Assembly: GCF_000148385.1 (NCBI RefSeq)
Contig: NC_014537.1
Span: 480,001 to 512,000, forward strand
Direction: 5' to 3'
DNA from: Vulcanisaeta distributa DSM 14429
Lineage (GTDB): Archaea; Thermoproteota; Thermoprotei; Thermoproteales; Thermocladiaceae
DNA length: 32,000 nucleotides
Position 1 is the first letter of the stretch. Each line of letters opens with the position of its first letter. A model generated the notes under the pieces. That model worked only from the letters and a program-made list of their open reading frames with translations. It did not search any database and was not told the DNA's origin. Positions 14,793 through 22,993 of this stretch are shown one piece after another. The position numbers and the translations under genes were made by a program.

Positions 14793-16067
14793 GTGGTTGT
14801 TGTATTAAGGCGGTTGTCGCTTGAGGATTATGGCCCCTTTACTAAGCTTGATATCGAACTTGGCGATATCACGATATTCGTTGGTAGGAATAACACGGGC
14901 AAAAGCACGGCACTGGAAGCCATTACATTACTCCTCTCATCAATTAACAATTTTAGGGTAATAACATCCAGCATTGACGTGCTTTCGAACCTTGGGTTAA
15001 GGAGCAGGTACTTAATTAATTTGAGGAGTAATAAAGGTGTTGCGGTTGTTTCCGGCGATGTGGTTAGCCAGGGCATGAAGCATAGTATTGAGGTGAGGGT
15101 GATCAGGGGCATTAATGGGCTGGGTGATCTTCGTGATAACGCGGTACGAGAGATCATTAGATCAATTACTGAATTAACACCGACATCTCAGAAAATACTT
15201 ATTGAGGCATTTCGTCGAGTATTACGGGAACGTAAGGATGGTAAGGATATTACTGAGGCGTTTAAGGAGTTTGTTGATGGTGTGATTTCCGTACTTAGTA
15301 ATCGTGTAGATGATGTGTTAGTGAATGCCGTTTTCGTAAGTACGTATGTTGATGGTGAATTACTCAATGCTGCATTACTACCCTTAAGTGAAGTAAGGGT
15401 TAGTGAAGATATAATTGGTAAGTTAAAGGAACTAGGATTGAGTTCTTCTGAAGCCAGGAGATTATTAAATATTCAATTGGGGAAAGTTATTTCGGGAGGT
15501 CGGATTATTCTCACTAGTAAAAAGTTAAGTGTTGAACCAATACGTGTTCAGCACTTGTCGTTACACCCATTTTTAATAGATGATTTACCCCCTGATAAGC
15601 AGACGGAATTGATTGACCTATTGAGGAAGGAGGTTCGTTATTTCTATGATTATAGGGGTGGGCAAGTTATTCTTAATTTTGATGGTAGTAGGGTCTCCGT
15701 ACCCTACGCCCTGATGGGTGATGGTTTTAAGGCCTTGGTTAGGATGCTCGGTCTTATTGTCATGGGCGTTGACGTTACCCTGATTGATGAACCAGAGGCT
15801 CATTTACACCCTGGCTTTATGGAGGTGATTACTAAGTACATGGTTGAGCCCAGGTTCCTTGATCGTATTCAGTTCGTGATGGCAACACAGTCACTTGAGT
15901 TCCTCGACTACCTGCTTAGAGCGGCTGAAAAAGGCGGTGTCCTTGGTAGGGTTAAGCTTGTTAGGCTCTACTTGATGCCTAATGGTAGTATTGATTATGA
16001 GCAGTTGAGTGGTGAGGAGGCGTATGAAGAGATGGATGAACTCAAGTCAGACCTCAGGGGTCCCTAG
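14793..16067 (+). CDS. ABC-type (AAA_21/AAA_15, OLD/AbiLi/AriA-like) ATPase
   Basis: 424 aa. N-terminus is LSLEDYGPFTKLDIELGDITIFVGRNNTGKSTALEAI (Walker A). An insert of about 270 aa follows. Then come MGDGFKALV (signature-like), VTLIDEPEAHLHP (Walker B plus the LHP typical of OLD-like ATPases) and FVMATQSLEFL (H-loop position, Gln instead of His). Confidence 0.85.
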   Translation: MVVVLRRLSLEDYGPFTKLDIELGDITIFVGRNNTGKSTALEAITLLLSSINNFRVITSSIDVLSNLGLRSRYLINLRSNKGVAVVSGDVVSQGMKHSIEVRVIRGINGLGDLRDNAVREIIRSITELTPTSQKILIEAFRRVLRERKDGKDITEAFKEFVDGVISVLSNRVDDVLVNAVFVSTYVDGELLNAALLPLSEVRVSEDIIGKLKELGLSSSEARRLLNIQLGKVISGGRIILTSKKLSVEPIRVQHLSLHPFLIDDLPPDKQTELIDLLRKEVRYFYDYRGGQVILNFDGSRVSVPYALMGDGFKALVRMLGLIVMGVDVTLIDEPEAHLHPGFMEVITKYMVEPRFLDRIQFVMATQSLEFLDYLLRAAEKGGVLGRVKLVRLYLMPNGSIDYEQLSGEEAYEEMDELKSDLRGP

Positions 16068-16686
16068 CCATGCTTTGATTATACTATGTGAGGGTAAGCA
16101 CGATTATGAATTTATTAAGGAATTGATCAGTAAGATAAACGTTAAGTGTGACGTTAAGGACCAGGATCCCAGGGATAAGGACTTCATTATTAGGCACATC
16201 GTGGACGGTAAACGGCTTTCTTACGTTCCTGTCATCATTGAGGGTGGTAAGGATAGGCTTGATGGTAATGTTAGGCTCCTAATTAGTAAGTTACGTTCCG
16301 TCCATGGGTCATCTACCTGGGTGTTGATTCTGCGTGATTCCGACTCCAATGATGCAGATAGTGCCTTCGATAAATTAAGGCGTAATATTGTCAGTCTCAT
16401 TAATAACCCCCTTAAGTTTTCGCTATATAAACCGAGCATGAATTGCGGGCAGGGAATCCGTGTGGGGTCCTTCGTATACTATGACTGTGTCTTGAGGTAT
16501 ATGGATGGTGATGTTTATTTTCGGTTTATTTTTGTGGTTCCGTCTCTGGAGGATTTTCTTCGTGATTATGGGTACGGTGATTCAAGACTTCACTCCGCCA
16601 TTGATAAAGCCCTTAATGATCCCAGGAATAACGATGTGGTAGATATCTTTAAGAGCTTACTTGGTTCATGCTTGTTTGATGAGTAG
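16009..16686 (+). CDS. Small Toprim-like protein (RloB/AbiLii-like or DUF4435/DUF4276-like), partner of the upstream ATPase
   Basis: LIILCEGKHDYEFIKEL resembles the RloB/Toprim N-terminal motif (CEGxxTE..YF) that carries the catalytic Glu. VLILRDSDSND is a DxD-type acidic cluster, and FVVPSLEDFL is a late conserved Glu. Start candidates are GTG 16009, ATG 16024, ATG 16036 and TTG 16075; the last is 8 nt after the ATPase stop. Confidence 0.6.
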   Translation: MVRRRMKRWMNSSQTSGVPSHALIILCEGKHDYEFIKELISKINVKCDVKDQDPRDKDFIIRHIVDGKRLSYVPVIIEGGKDRLDGNVRLLISKLRSVHGSSTWVLILRDSDSNDADSAFDKLRRNIVSLINNPLKFSLYKPSMNCGQGIRVGSFVYYDCVLRYMDGDVYFRFIFVVPSLEDFLRDYGYGDSRLHSAIDKALNDPRNNDVVDIFKSLLGSCLFDE

Positions 16687-17077
16687 TAGGGTTTTGGCTC
16701 ATGGTATTAGGGCCGTCTTCCCTGCGGGTTTTGATTCCGTTGCCAATGCAGTTAGGGATTATGATCCTGCGTCCAATGTTTACTTCACGGTTTTAAGTAC
16801 GAGTCCTAGGGTTGCCGTTGCGTTTGGGCAGAAGTTCTTCTTTAGGATTGGTCATTACCTATCCTGCATGACCCTTGTTATTGAGCGTGATTCCGAGACT
16901 GAGGTTAGGATTATTGCCCACTCCGGTCTTCAATTATCCGCCCTCTCTAACTATGGTGCTAATGTTGATTATGCCCGCGACGTGCTTGACCGCCTGAGTA
17001 AGTCCCTCGGTGTTGATCCTAGGGATGTGGTTGAGGTTGATTATATGGACGTCACTAAGTCTCAGCAATTAGGGTGA
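16661..17077 (+). CDS. Hypothetical protein, third gene of the ATPase/Toprim-like operon
   Basis: The ORF is 138 aa from TTG 16661. The likely start, ATG 16679, overlaps the upstream stop TAG 16684-16686 (ATGAGTAG), which indicates translational coupling. No family was recognised from the sequence. Confidence 0.6.
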   Translation: MVHACLMSSRVLAHGIRAVFPAGFDSVANAVRDYDPASNVYFTVLSTSPRVAVAFGQKFFFRIGHYLSCMTLVIERDSETEVRIIAHSGLQLSALSNYGANVDYARDVLDRLSKSLGVDPRDVVEVDYMDVTKSQQLG

Positions 17078-17163
17078 TGGGTCTTGCAGTCAAATTCTAG
17101 ACCTAGTAAATCATTGCTGTGTAATGAATAAATGTTTAAGTAGTTAGCTATGTCTTGGTTATT

Positions 17164-17414
17164 ATGATTGAGATTATTATTAAGGTTACTAGGGATTACC
17201 GGGTTACGATACCCGCGGGCATTAGGGGAGGCTCGGGATTAAGGTTGGTGATTTAATTAGGGTTGTCTATGACGAGGGTGAGGGTGTTGTTAAGCTTATC
17301 CCTGTTAGGAGGAGTAGGACTACGATTAGGTTAGGTAGGCCTATCACTGTTGAGGAGATTGAAGGGGCTATTGAGGATGTGATGGGGTTGGATCGCCGCT
17401 GCTTCATTCCTTAA
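17164..17414 (+). pseudogene. AbrB/SpoVT (MazE/VapB-like) swapped-hairpin DNA-binding protein gene, interrupted by a 1-nt frameshift
   Basis: Frame 1 from ATG 17164 gives MIEIIIKVTRDYRVTIPAGIRGGSGLRLVI*, with the stop at 17254. From 17229, in the next frame, the sequence reads RLGIKVGDLIRVVYDEGEGVVKLIPVRRSRTTIRLGRPITVEEIEGAIEDVMGLDRRCFIP*, with the stop at 17412-17414. Joined, these give a canonical AbrB motif (RVTIPAGIR-x-RLGIKVGDLIRV). The shift lies in ATTAGGGGAGGCTCGGG at about 17224-17231. Confidence 0.7.
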
Positions 17415-17478
17415 GTTCTTACCATATTACTTATCCTTTTCCTGTAGTGCCTTTTTAATTGGTTTGTGGTAGTTACTT

Positions 17479-17985
17479 TTGATGGGTTTTTCGTACTTAA
17501 TGCCGAGTGTTAGGGCTGTGCTGACGCGGGACGTGGATGGGGTTGACCTAGGCATAATCAGCATTGCCCCTGCCAAGGCCGGCTCTGTGATTAATGCACC
17601 GCCCAACGTGCTTGAGGTCCTAATTAAGCGTGGTGTGGCTTCATTACTTGATGAGGATAGGGTCGGTAATGAGGAGATTCTTAAGAGGGTTTGGCTTGAG
17701 AACAGGGCTCCCAGCGAGTTGAGGGAGTTACCCAGGGACTTCTACGTAAGGGCTAGGCTTAGCATGGTTGGCGGTGACCAGAAAAGCGTTAGGATTTATG
17801 CCCAGCAGTTGAGGGAGCTCGCCCAGTTGAGGCTTAGGAAGATACTCACGCTGTTATCCGTTAACCCCAGTATTGCTGACTCGAGGGACTTCCTGGATAA
17901 ATTGACTATTGAGGAGGAGGAGCTCGTTAAATCCATCGCACCAATAATTAAGGAATTCCTCAATGCAGTGGTGGGATTGCAATGA
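17479..17985 (+). CDS. gins23: GINS subunit, Gins23-type (B-domain then A-domain)
   Basis: 168 aa. The N-terminal part is B-domain-like (VRAVLTRDVDGVDLGIISIAPAKAGSVINAPPNVLEVLIKRGVASLL). The C-terminal part is a helical A-domain-like region (LPRDFYVRARL...LRELAQLRLRKILTLL). Its stop overlaps the MCM start (ATGA at 17982-17985). A gins23-mcm operon is known in Sulfolobales. Confidence 0.65.
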   Translation: MMGFSYLMPSVRAVLTRDVDGVDLGIISIAPAKAGSVINAPPNVLEVLIKRGVASLLDEDRVGNEEILKRVWLENRAPSELRELPRDFYVRARLSMVGGDQKSVRIYAQQLRELAQLRLRKILTLLSVNPSIADSRDFLDKLTIEEEELVKSIAPIIKEFLNAVVGLQ

Positions 17986-20045
17986 CGACGCCGGAGACCG
18001 CAGAGGTTAGTCTCGACTCACTGATTCAGGGGCTTAGGGGTTTCATTGAGTCCAGTGATAAGTATGTTGATGAGATTAATAACATGATAATACAGAGGAA
18101 GAGGTCCCTAGTGATTGACTTTCACGACCTACTAATCAGCAGTAAGGACCTCGCCGATATGCTCCTGGAGAGGCCGCAATTGATTATTCAGGCTGGTTCC
18201 GAGGCAGTTAGGCAGGCAATAACTGAGAGGGATCCTGAACTGGCTAAGTCGGTTAGGAACTTCTACATGAGGTTTAGGAGACTCCCTGAGTCCCTGCCCA
18301 TTAGGAGACTGAGGAGTGAGGTCCTGGGTAAGTTGATAATGGTTGAGGGCATAATAACGAGGCAGACACCACCCAAGCACTACCTCAGGAAGTCCGTGTT
18401 TAGGTGTTCACAGTGCGGTTATGAGGTTGAGATTCCACAGCCAACCACTGGGTTCGTCCAACCGCCTAAGCGCTGCCCCAAGTGTGGTGCATTGAATAGT
18501 ATGGTGTTTGTTGAGGAGAGGAGTGAGTTCATTGATTGGCAGAAGATAATCGTTCAGGAGAAGCCAGAGGAGCTACCGCCGGGCCAGTTGCCGAGGAGTA
18601 TTGAGGCGATACTGCTTGATGACTTAGTCGACACGGTGAAGCCCGGCGATAGGGTTTACCTGGTCGGTATCATGAACCTCGACCTATCCGATCTAAAGAA
18701 GGGTAGGCCACCCGTTGTTTCCAGCTTCATGGAGGTTAATTACGTGGAGAGTCAGCAGAGGGAGTTGGTGGAGATTGAGATTACGCCTGAGGATGAGAAG
18801 AGGATATTGGAGCTTTCGAAGATGCCTGACGTTAGGGAGAGGATAATCAAGTCAATAGCGCCGTCGATATACGGCATGGAGGACATTAAGGAGGCAATAG
18901 CATGCCTATTATTCGGCGGTGTGCCCAAGGTTTACCCAGACGGTATTAGGGTTAGGGGTGACATACACATACTACTCGTTGGCGACCCAGGTATGGCTAA
19001 GACGCAGTTGCTGAGGTTTGTCACGAAGATAGCCCCCAGGGCAGTGTACACCACGGGTAAGGGTAGCTCAGCGGCTGGCTTAACCGCCGCCGTAGTGCGT
19101 GAGAAGGACACGGGCGAGTTTTACCTGGAGGCTGGCGCGTTGGTGCTCGCGGATACGGGCGTGGCCGTCATTGATGAGATTGATAAGATGGATGCTAAGG
19201 ATAGGGTCGCGATTCACGAGGCCCTTGAGCAACAGACGGTCTCCATAGCTAAGGCGGGCATTGTGGCGACGCTAAATGCTAGGTGCAGTGTCCTGGCCGC
19301 GGCCAACCCAGCCTTTGGCAGGTACCTGCCCAATAGGACTGTGGCTGAGAACGTGGATTTACCAGTGACGTTGCTCTCCAGGTTTGACTTAATATTCATC
19401 ATTAGGGATGAGCCAAACCTCGATAGGGATAAGGCAATTGCGGAGCACATAACCACGCTACATGCTGGTGAGGTTCCCGAGGGCTTCGCGGACATAGTAC
19501 CACCTGACCTACTTAGGAAGTACATTGCCTATGCCCGTAAGCACGTCAAGCCTGTGCTGACGCCTGAGGCTAGGGAGAGGATTGTTCAGTTCTACGTGCA
19601 GATGAGGGCTAAGTCCAGGGAGCCAGACTCGCCAATTGCAATAACGGCAAGGCAATTGGAGGCCCTGATCAGGCTTTCTGAGGCTGAGGCTAAGATGAGG
19701 CTTAGCCCCGTGGTTGAGGCTGAGGATGCCGATAGGGCCATTAGGCTCTTCATGAAGTACCTGAGTAGTGTTGGTATTGATGTTGAGTCTGGGAAGATAG
19801 ACATTGACATTATAATGACAGGCAAACCCAAGTCTGCCCAGGAGAGGATGGCATTGATCATGAACCTGCTTGCTCAGTTAGAGGAGTCGAGTGGTGGTAA
19901 GCCTGTTAAGATTGAGGACCTGTATAAGGAGGCTGAGGCGGCTGGTCTTGATAGGCAGGCGGTGGATAAGGCAATAAACATGCTCCTTAAGTCAGGTGAT
20001 ATTTACATGCCGAAGCCGGGTTACGTTAAGAGGGTGCTTATTTAA
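17982..20045 (+). CDS. mcm: MCM replicative helicase
   Basis: 687 aa. Contains a C4 zinc finger (CSQCGYE...CPKCG), Walker A (GDPGMAKTQLL), Walker B (AVIDEIDKM) and the arginine-finger block (SRFDLIF), plus a C-terminal winged-helix-like tail. No intein insertion is present. Confidence 0.97.
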   Translation: MTTPETAEVSLDSLIQGLRGFIESSDKYVDEINNMIIQRKRSLVIDFHDLLISSKDLADMLLERPQLIIQAGSEAVRQAITERDPELAKSVRNFYMRFRRLPESLPIRRLRSEVLGKLIMVEGIITRQTPPKHYLRKSVFRCSQCGYEVEIPQPTTGFVQPPKRCPKCGALNSMVFVEERSEFIDWQKIIVQEKPEELPPGQLPRSIEAILLDDLVDTVKPGDRVYLVGIMNLDLSDLKKGRPPVVSSFMEVNYVESQQRELVEIEITPEDEKRILELSKMPDVRERIIKSIAPSIYGMEDIKEAIACLLFGGVPKVYPDGIRVRGDIHILLVGDPGMAKTQLLRFVTKIAPRAVYTTGKGSSAAGLTAAVVREKDTGEFYLEAGALVLADTGVAVIDEIDKMDAKDRVAIHEALEQQTVSIAKAGIVATLNARCSVLAAANPAFGRYLPNRTVAENVDLPVTLLSRFDLIFIIRDEPNLDRDKAIAEHITTLHAGEVPEGFADIVPPDLLRKYIAYARKHVKPVLTPEARERIVQFYVQMRAKSREPDSPIAITARQLEALIRLSEAEAKMRLSPVVEAEDADRAIRLFMKYLSSVGIDVESGKIDIDIIMTGKPKSAQERMALIMNLLAQLEESSGGKPVKIEDLYKEAEAAGLDRQAVDKAINMLLKSGDIYMPKPGYVKRVLI

Positions 20046-20081
20046 ACTGCTTTTATTCAGGCACGAAATACTTATATTCAT

Positions 20082-20468
20082 TTGTTTTTGAGCATTGTTG
20101 TGATTGATAGGTTAAATGCAATAATTACTGGGTTAAGAAATGCCGTGACGCTTACGGTGGAGAAATTACTTGAAAGACTGAAGGAGACAAACATAGATGT
20201 TCCTGAGGAGAGAACCATAGGTGATTGGGGTTGGAGCGTGATTTCCAAGGCCATGGAAGTCGGGATAATAAGCTTAAGCGATGCTGATATTGACGCCATG
20301 TACTACGTATTCAGAAGATGCGCCACACTCGAGGAGATGGTCAAGGAAGCCCTAGCTAGGCCCGAGGAGATTGATGAGAACTTCGTAAACAACCTAATGG
20401 ATGATTTCAGGGAGAATGCGGAGGCCCTGGCCAGGGTCAGAGAACGAATTAATCAACTGGTTTCGTAA
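20082..20468 (+). CDS. Hypothetical small helical acidic protein downstream of mcm
   Basis: 128-aa ORF from TTG 20082. The in-frame GTG 20100 sits about 25 nt downstream of an AT-rich box (CTTATATTCAT, 20071-20081) and may be the real start. No motif was recognised. Confidence 0.5.
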   Translation: MFLSIVVIDRLNAIITGLRNAVTLTVEKLLERLKETNIDVPEERTIGDWGWSVISKAMEVGIISLSDADIDAMYYVFRRCATLEEMVKEALARPEEIDENFVNNLMDDFRENAEALARVRERINQLVS

Positions 20469-20587
20469 ATCTATATATAGTATATATTATTGTTTATAAA
20501 CCGGAGTCCACGTAAACCACGCATCGAATGTGTTATTTTTAGTATACCTAGGAAGGCATTGCTTTAAAAGTACAATATTATTAATGA

Positions 20588-21697
20588 TTGATTAAAATGT
20601 CTGTTCAAGCTCCAAGTATATACACGATAGAGATCATCTACAGGGGAATACACCAGAGGCACCTGGCGAGGAATCTATCCAGGGGAATTGTTTATGCGGC
20701 TAGGATGGCAGGTAATGTCGCATTGTCTTACCAGAGATATGGTGATGATCCAGAGAGGGATGGTGTACCGGCTAAGTACTTCGTGGTAGTGGCTAAGGGC
20801 GCTAATGAGGAGATTCTTGATGCTGAGGCTGCGAGGGTTGAGCCTGACTATGTGGATGTCTCGATAGTGCTTGACGACACAATACTTAAGGGTGTTGAGT
20901 CCTGGGCTTGGCAGGGTATTCAACCAGTCCACCTGAAGTTGAGGGCTGGTGGGTTATTAATCGTGGTTTCCAAGAGGAGCCCTGATGAACTACTCAAGTT
21001 CATACCTACTAGGGACTCACCGTATACCCTAGTCGTGGTTTATGGCGAGAGGAGCATTGGCGATTTCTGGACATTCCCAGATGATGGAACTGTGGAGAGG
21101 GTCCTTGGAGCCATTGCTAAGGTAATGCCCAACGTACTTACCATTGACGATGTTAAGAGGTATCTGGAGAGCCTTGATAAGCCCAGCGAGAGGGTTAACA
21201 GGGCTTTGGAGGCCTATCAATCACTCGTTAAGCTAAGGGAGGTTAAACCTGGCGAGGGTCTGCCGTATAAGTACGAACCACCTCACCTACCTGGTTGGAA
21301 GGACATGATGATTGGCGGTGCAATACCTGGCTTAAAGCCGAACCAGAGGAACCCGTATTTCACCGGTGGCACTGCCAAGCATTATAGGCCTGTGGTAAAC
21401 TTCGATAAATGCATTAAGTGTAGTCTATGCTGGGAGTACTGCCCAGACTCTGTATTTGACGTAACACCAGACGGTTACTTCAACCCAGTACTAGCCTATT
21501 GCAAGGGTTGTGGAGTGTGTGCTGAGGTATGCCCAGTGCCTGACACGATAATTATGGTTGATGAGATGGAGTTTGAGGATGGCTATGGAAAGTTCATTGA
21601 TGAGTATAGGGCTTGGAAGGAGAATAGGGAAGCCTATAGGAAGTGGTTTGAGTCATTATTACCAAAGGCACAAATAATAAGTGTGAGAAAGAGGTGA
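20588..21697 (+). CDS. 2-oxoacid:ferredoxin oxidoreductase gamma-delta fusion subunit (divergent gamma domain plus 2x[4Fe-4S] ferredoxin domain)
   Basis: The C-terminus has two CxxCxxCxxxCP clusters, CIKCSLCWEYCP and CKGCGVCAEVCP. The N-terminal roughly 190 aa align in outline with POR gamma (EPDYVDVSIVLDD, GGLLIVVSK). The likely start is ATG 20597. Alpha and beta subunit genes follow. Confidence 0.8.
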   Translation: MIKMSVQAPSIYTIEIIYRGIHQRHLARNLSRGIVYAARMAGNVALSYQRYGDDPERDGVPAKYFVVVAKGANEEILDAEAARVEPDYVDVSIVLDDTILKGVESWAWQGIQPVHLKLRAGGLLIVVSKRSPDELLKFIPTRDSPYTLVVVYGERSIGDFWTFPDDGTVERVLGAIAKVMPNVLTIDDVKRYLESLDKPSERVNRALEAYQSLVKLREVKPGEGLPYKYEPPHLPGWKDMMIGGAIPGLKPNQRNPYFTGGTAKHYRPVVNFDKCIKCSLCWEYCPDSVFDVTPDGYFNPVLAYCKGCGVCAEVCPVPDTIIMVDEMEFEDGYGKFIDEYRAWKENREAYRKWFESLLPKAQIISVRKR

Positions 21698-21703
21698 TGG
21701 GGC

Positions 21704-22951
21704 ATGTCCGTCTCCGCACTTGAGACAAAACGTCTTGAGGCGGTGCTTAAGGGAGATGAGGAAGTGGAGGTCGTTGGTACGGGCACTGACGCTGTCGCCT
21801 ACGCATTAATGCTTGCTGACGTTGACGTGACGTCGGCATACCCAATAAGGCCTTACGGCGGCGTCATGCAGACTGTGGCTAAGTTAATAGCTGACGGTTA
21901 CATGAAGGCCGAGTACATAGTGGCTGCCCATGAGCATGACCAGTTCGAAATCGTCAAACACGCGTCAGCCGTTGGCGCGAGGACATTTGTTGGCTCAAGC
22001 GGTGTTGGTTGGTTATTGGCTATTGAGGCTATCGTGGCCATAAGCACCGATAGGTATCCAGTGGTTGCGTTAATAGGTAATAGGGCTCTTGATGACCCTG
22101 GAGCATACGGAGTTGAGCACAATGATGCGTTGATGGTTAGGGACGTGGGCTGGCTCCTGGTTTGGGTTGACACTGCCCAGGAGGCTCTAGATACCACATT
22201 GATTGCGTATAGGGTTGCTGAGGACCCGAGGGTTATGCTACCAGTGGGCATATCAATGGATGGCGCATTCCTGACGCATAGTGAGCACGTGTTTAGGATA
22301 CCGCCTAAGTCAAAGGTTCAGAAGTTCTTACCGCCATACGACCTGGGCAACAGGAAGCTACATCCAAGCAACGTAATTAGTGTTGCACCGCAGGTCAACG
22401 AGGACTGGGTTACGGAGATTAGGAAGCAGATGGATGAGGCTATGAAGAATGCAAGGAAGGTGATTGAGGAGACCTATAGAGACTTCGCTAAGATCTTCGG
22501 TAGGGACTATGGTAACCCATTCGTTGAGCCGTACATGGTTGAGGACGCCGACGTAGTCATGGTCGGCATGGGGACCGTTTCCAAGCCAATTAAGGAGGCT
22601 GTTAGGAGGCTGAGGGCTAAGGGTGAGAGGGTTGGCTTCCTAAGGATTAGGTGGTTCAGGCCATTCCCAACCGAGGACATTATACGCTACCTGAGTGGTG
22701 TTAAGGTTGTGGCTGTGGTGGATAGGGACTACTCATTCGGTTCACCATTTGATGGTGGTGCTGTCTTCACAGAGATTAGGAGTGCGCTATACGAGTCTGA
22801 GCGTAGACCATTGATGATGAACTTTATCGGTGGGCTCGGTGGTAGGGAGATTACCTATAATGATGCGATTAATATGTTCAATATGGCCTTGGATGCTGCT
22901 AGAAAAGGTAAGGTTGAGCAAAGGGTGATTTGGTATGGAGTTAGAGAGTAA
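21704..22951 (+). CDS. porA: 2-oxoacid (pyruvate/2-ketoisovalerate-type):ferredoxin oxidoreductase alpha subunit
   Basis: 415 aa. Contains AYPIRPYGGVMQ (equivalent to the YPITP motif) and SSGVGWLLAIEAI. It sits between the gamma-delta and beta genes. Substrate specificity (por vs vor) cannot be determined from sequence. Confidence 0.88.
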   Translation: MSVSALETKRLEAVLKGDEEVEVVGTGTDAVAYALMLADVDVTSAYPIRPYGGVMQTVAKLIADGYMKAEYIVAAHEHDQFEIVKHASAVGARTFVGSSGVGWLLAIEAIVAISTDRYPVVALIGNRALDDPGAYGVEHNDALMVRDVGWLLVWVDTAQEALDTTLIAYRVAEDPRVMLPVGISMDGAFLTHSEHVFRIPPKSKVQKFLPPYDLGNRKLHPSNVISVAPQVNEDWVTEIRKQMDEAMKNARKVIEETYRDFAKIFGRDYGNPFVEPYMVEDADVVMVGMGTVSKPIKEAVRRLRAKGERVGFLRIRWFRPFPTEDIIRYLSGVKVVAVVDRDYSFGSPFDGGAVFTEIRSALYESERRPLMMNFIGGLGGREITYNDAINMFNMALDAARKGKVEQRVIWYGVRE

Positions 22952-22993
22952 AATGGGAAAAGAAGAAAAATTTATAAGGAAGAGGTGGGGTGA

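Noticed and set aside
17982-20045. Possible intein in MCM.
   Set aside because: The protein is 687 aa with contiguous Walker A, Walker B and arginine-finger blocks. It has no inserted Cys/Ser...HN splicing module.
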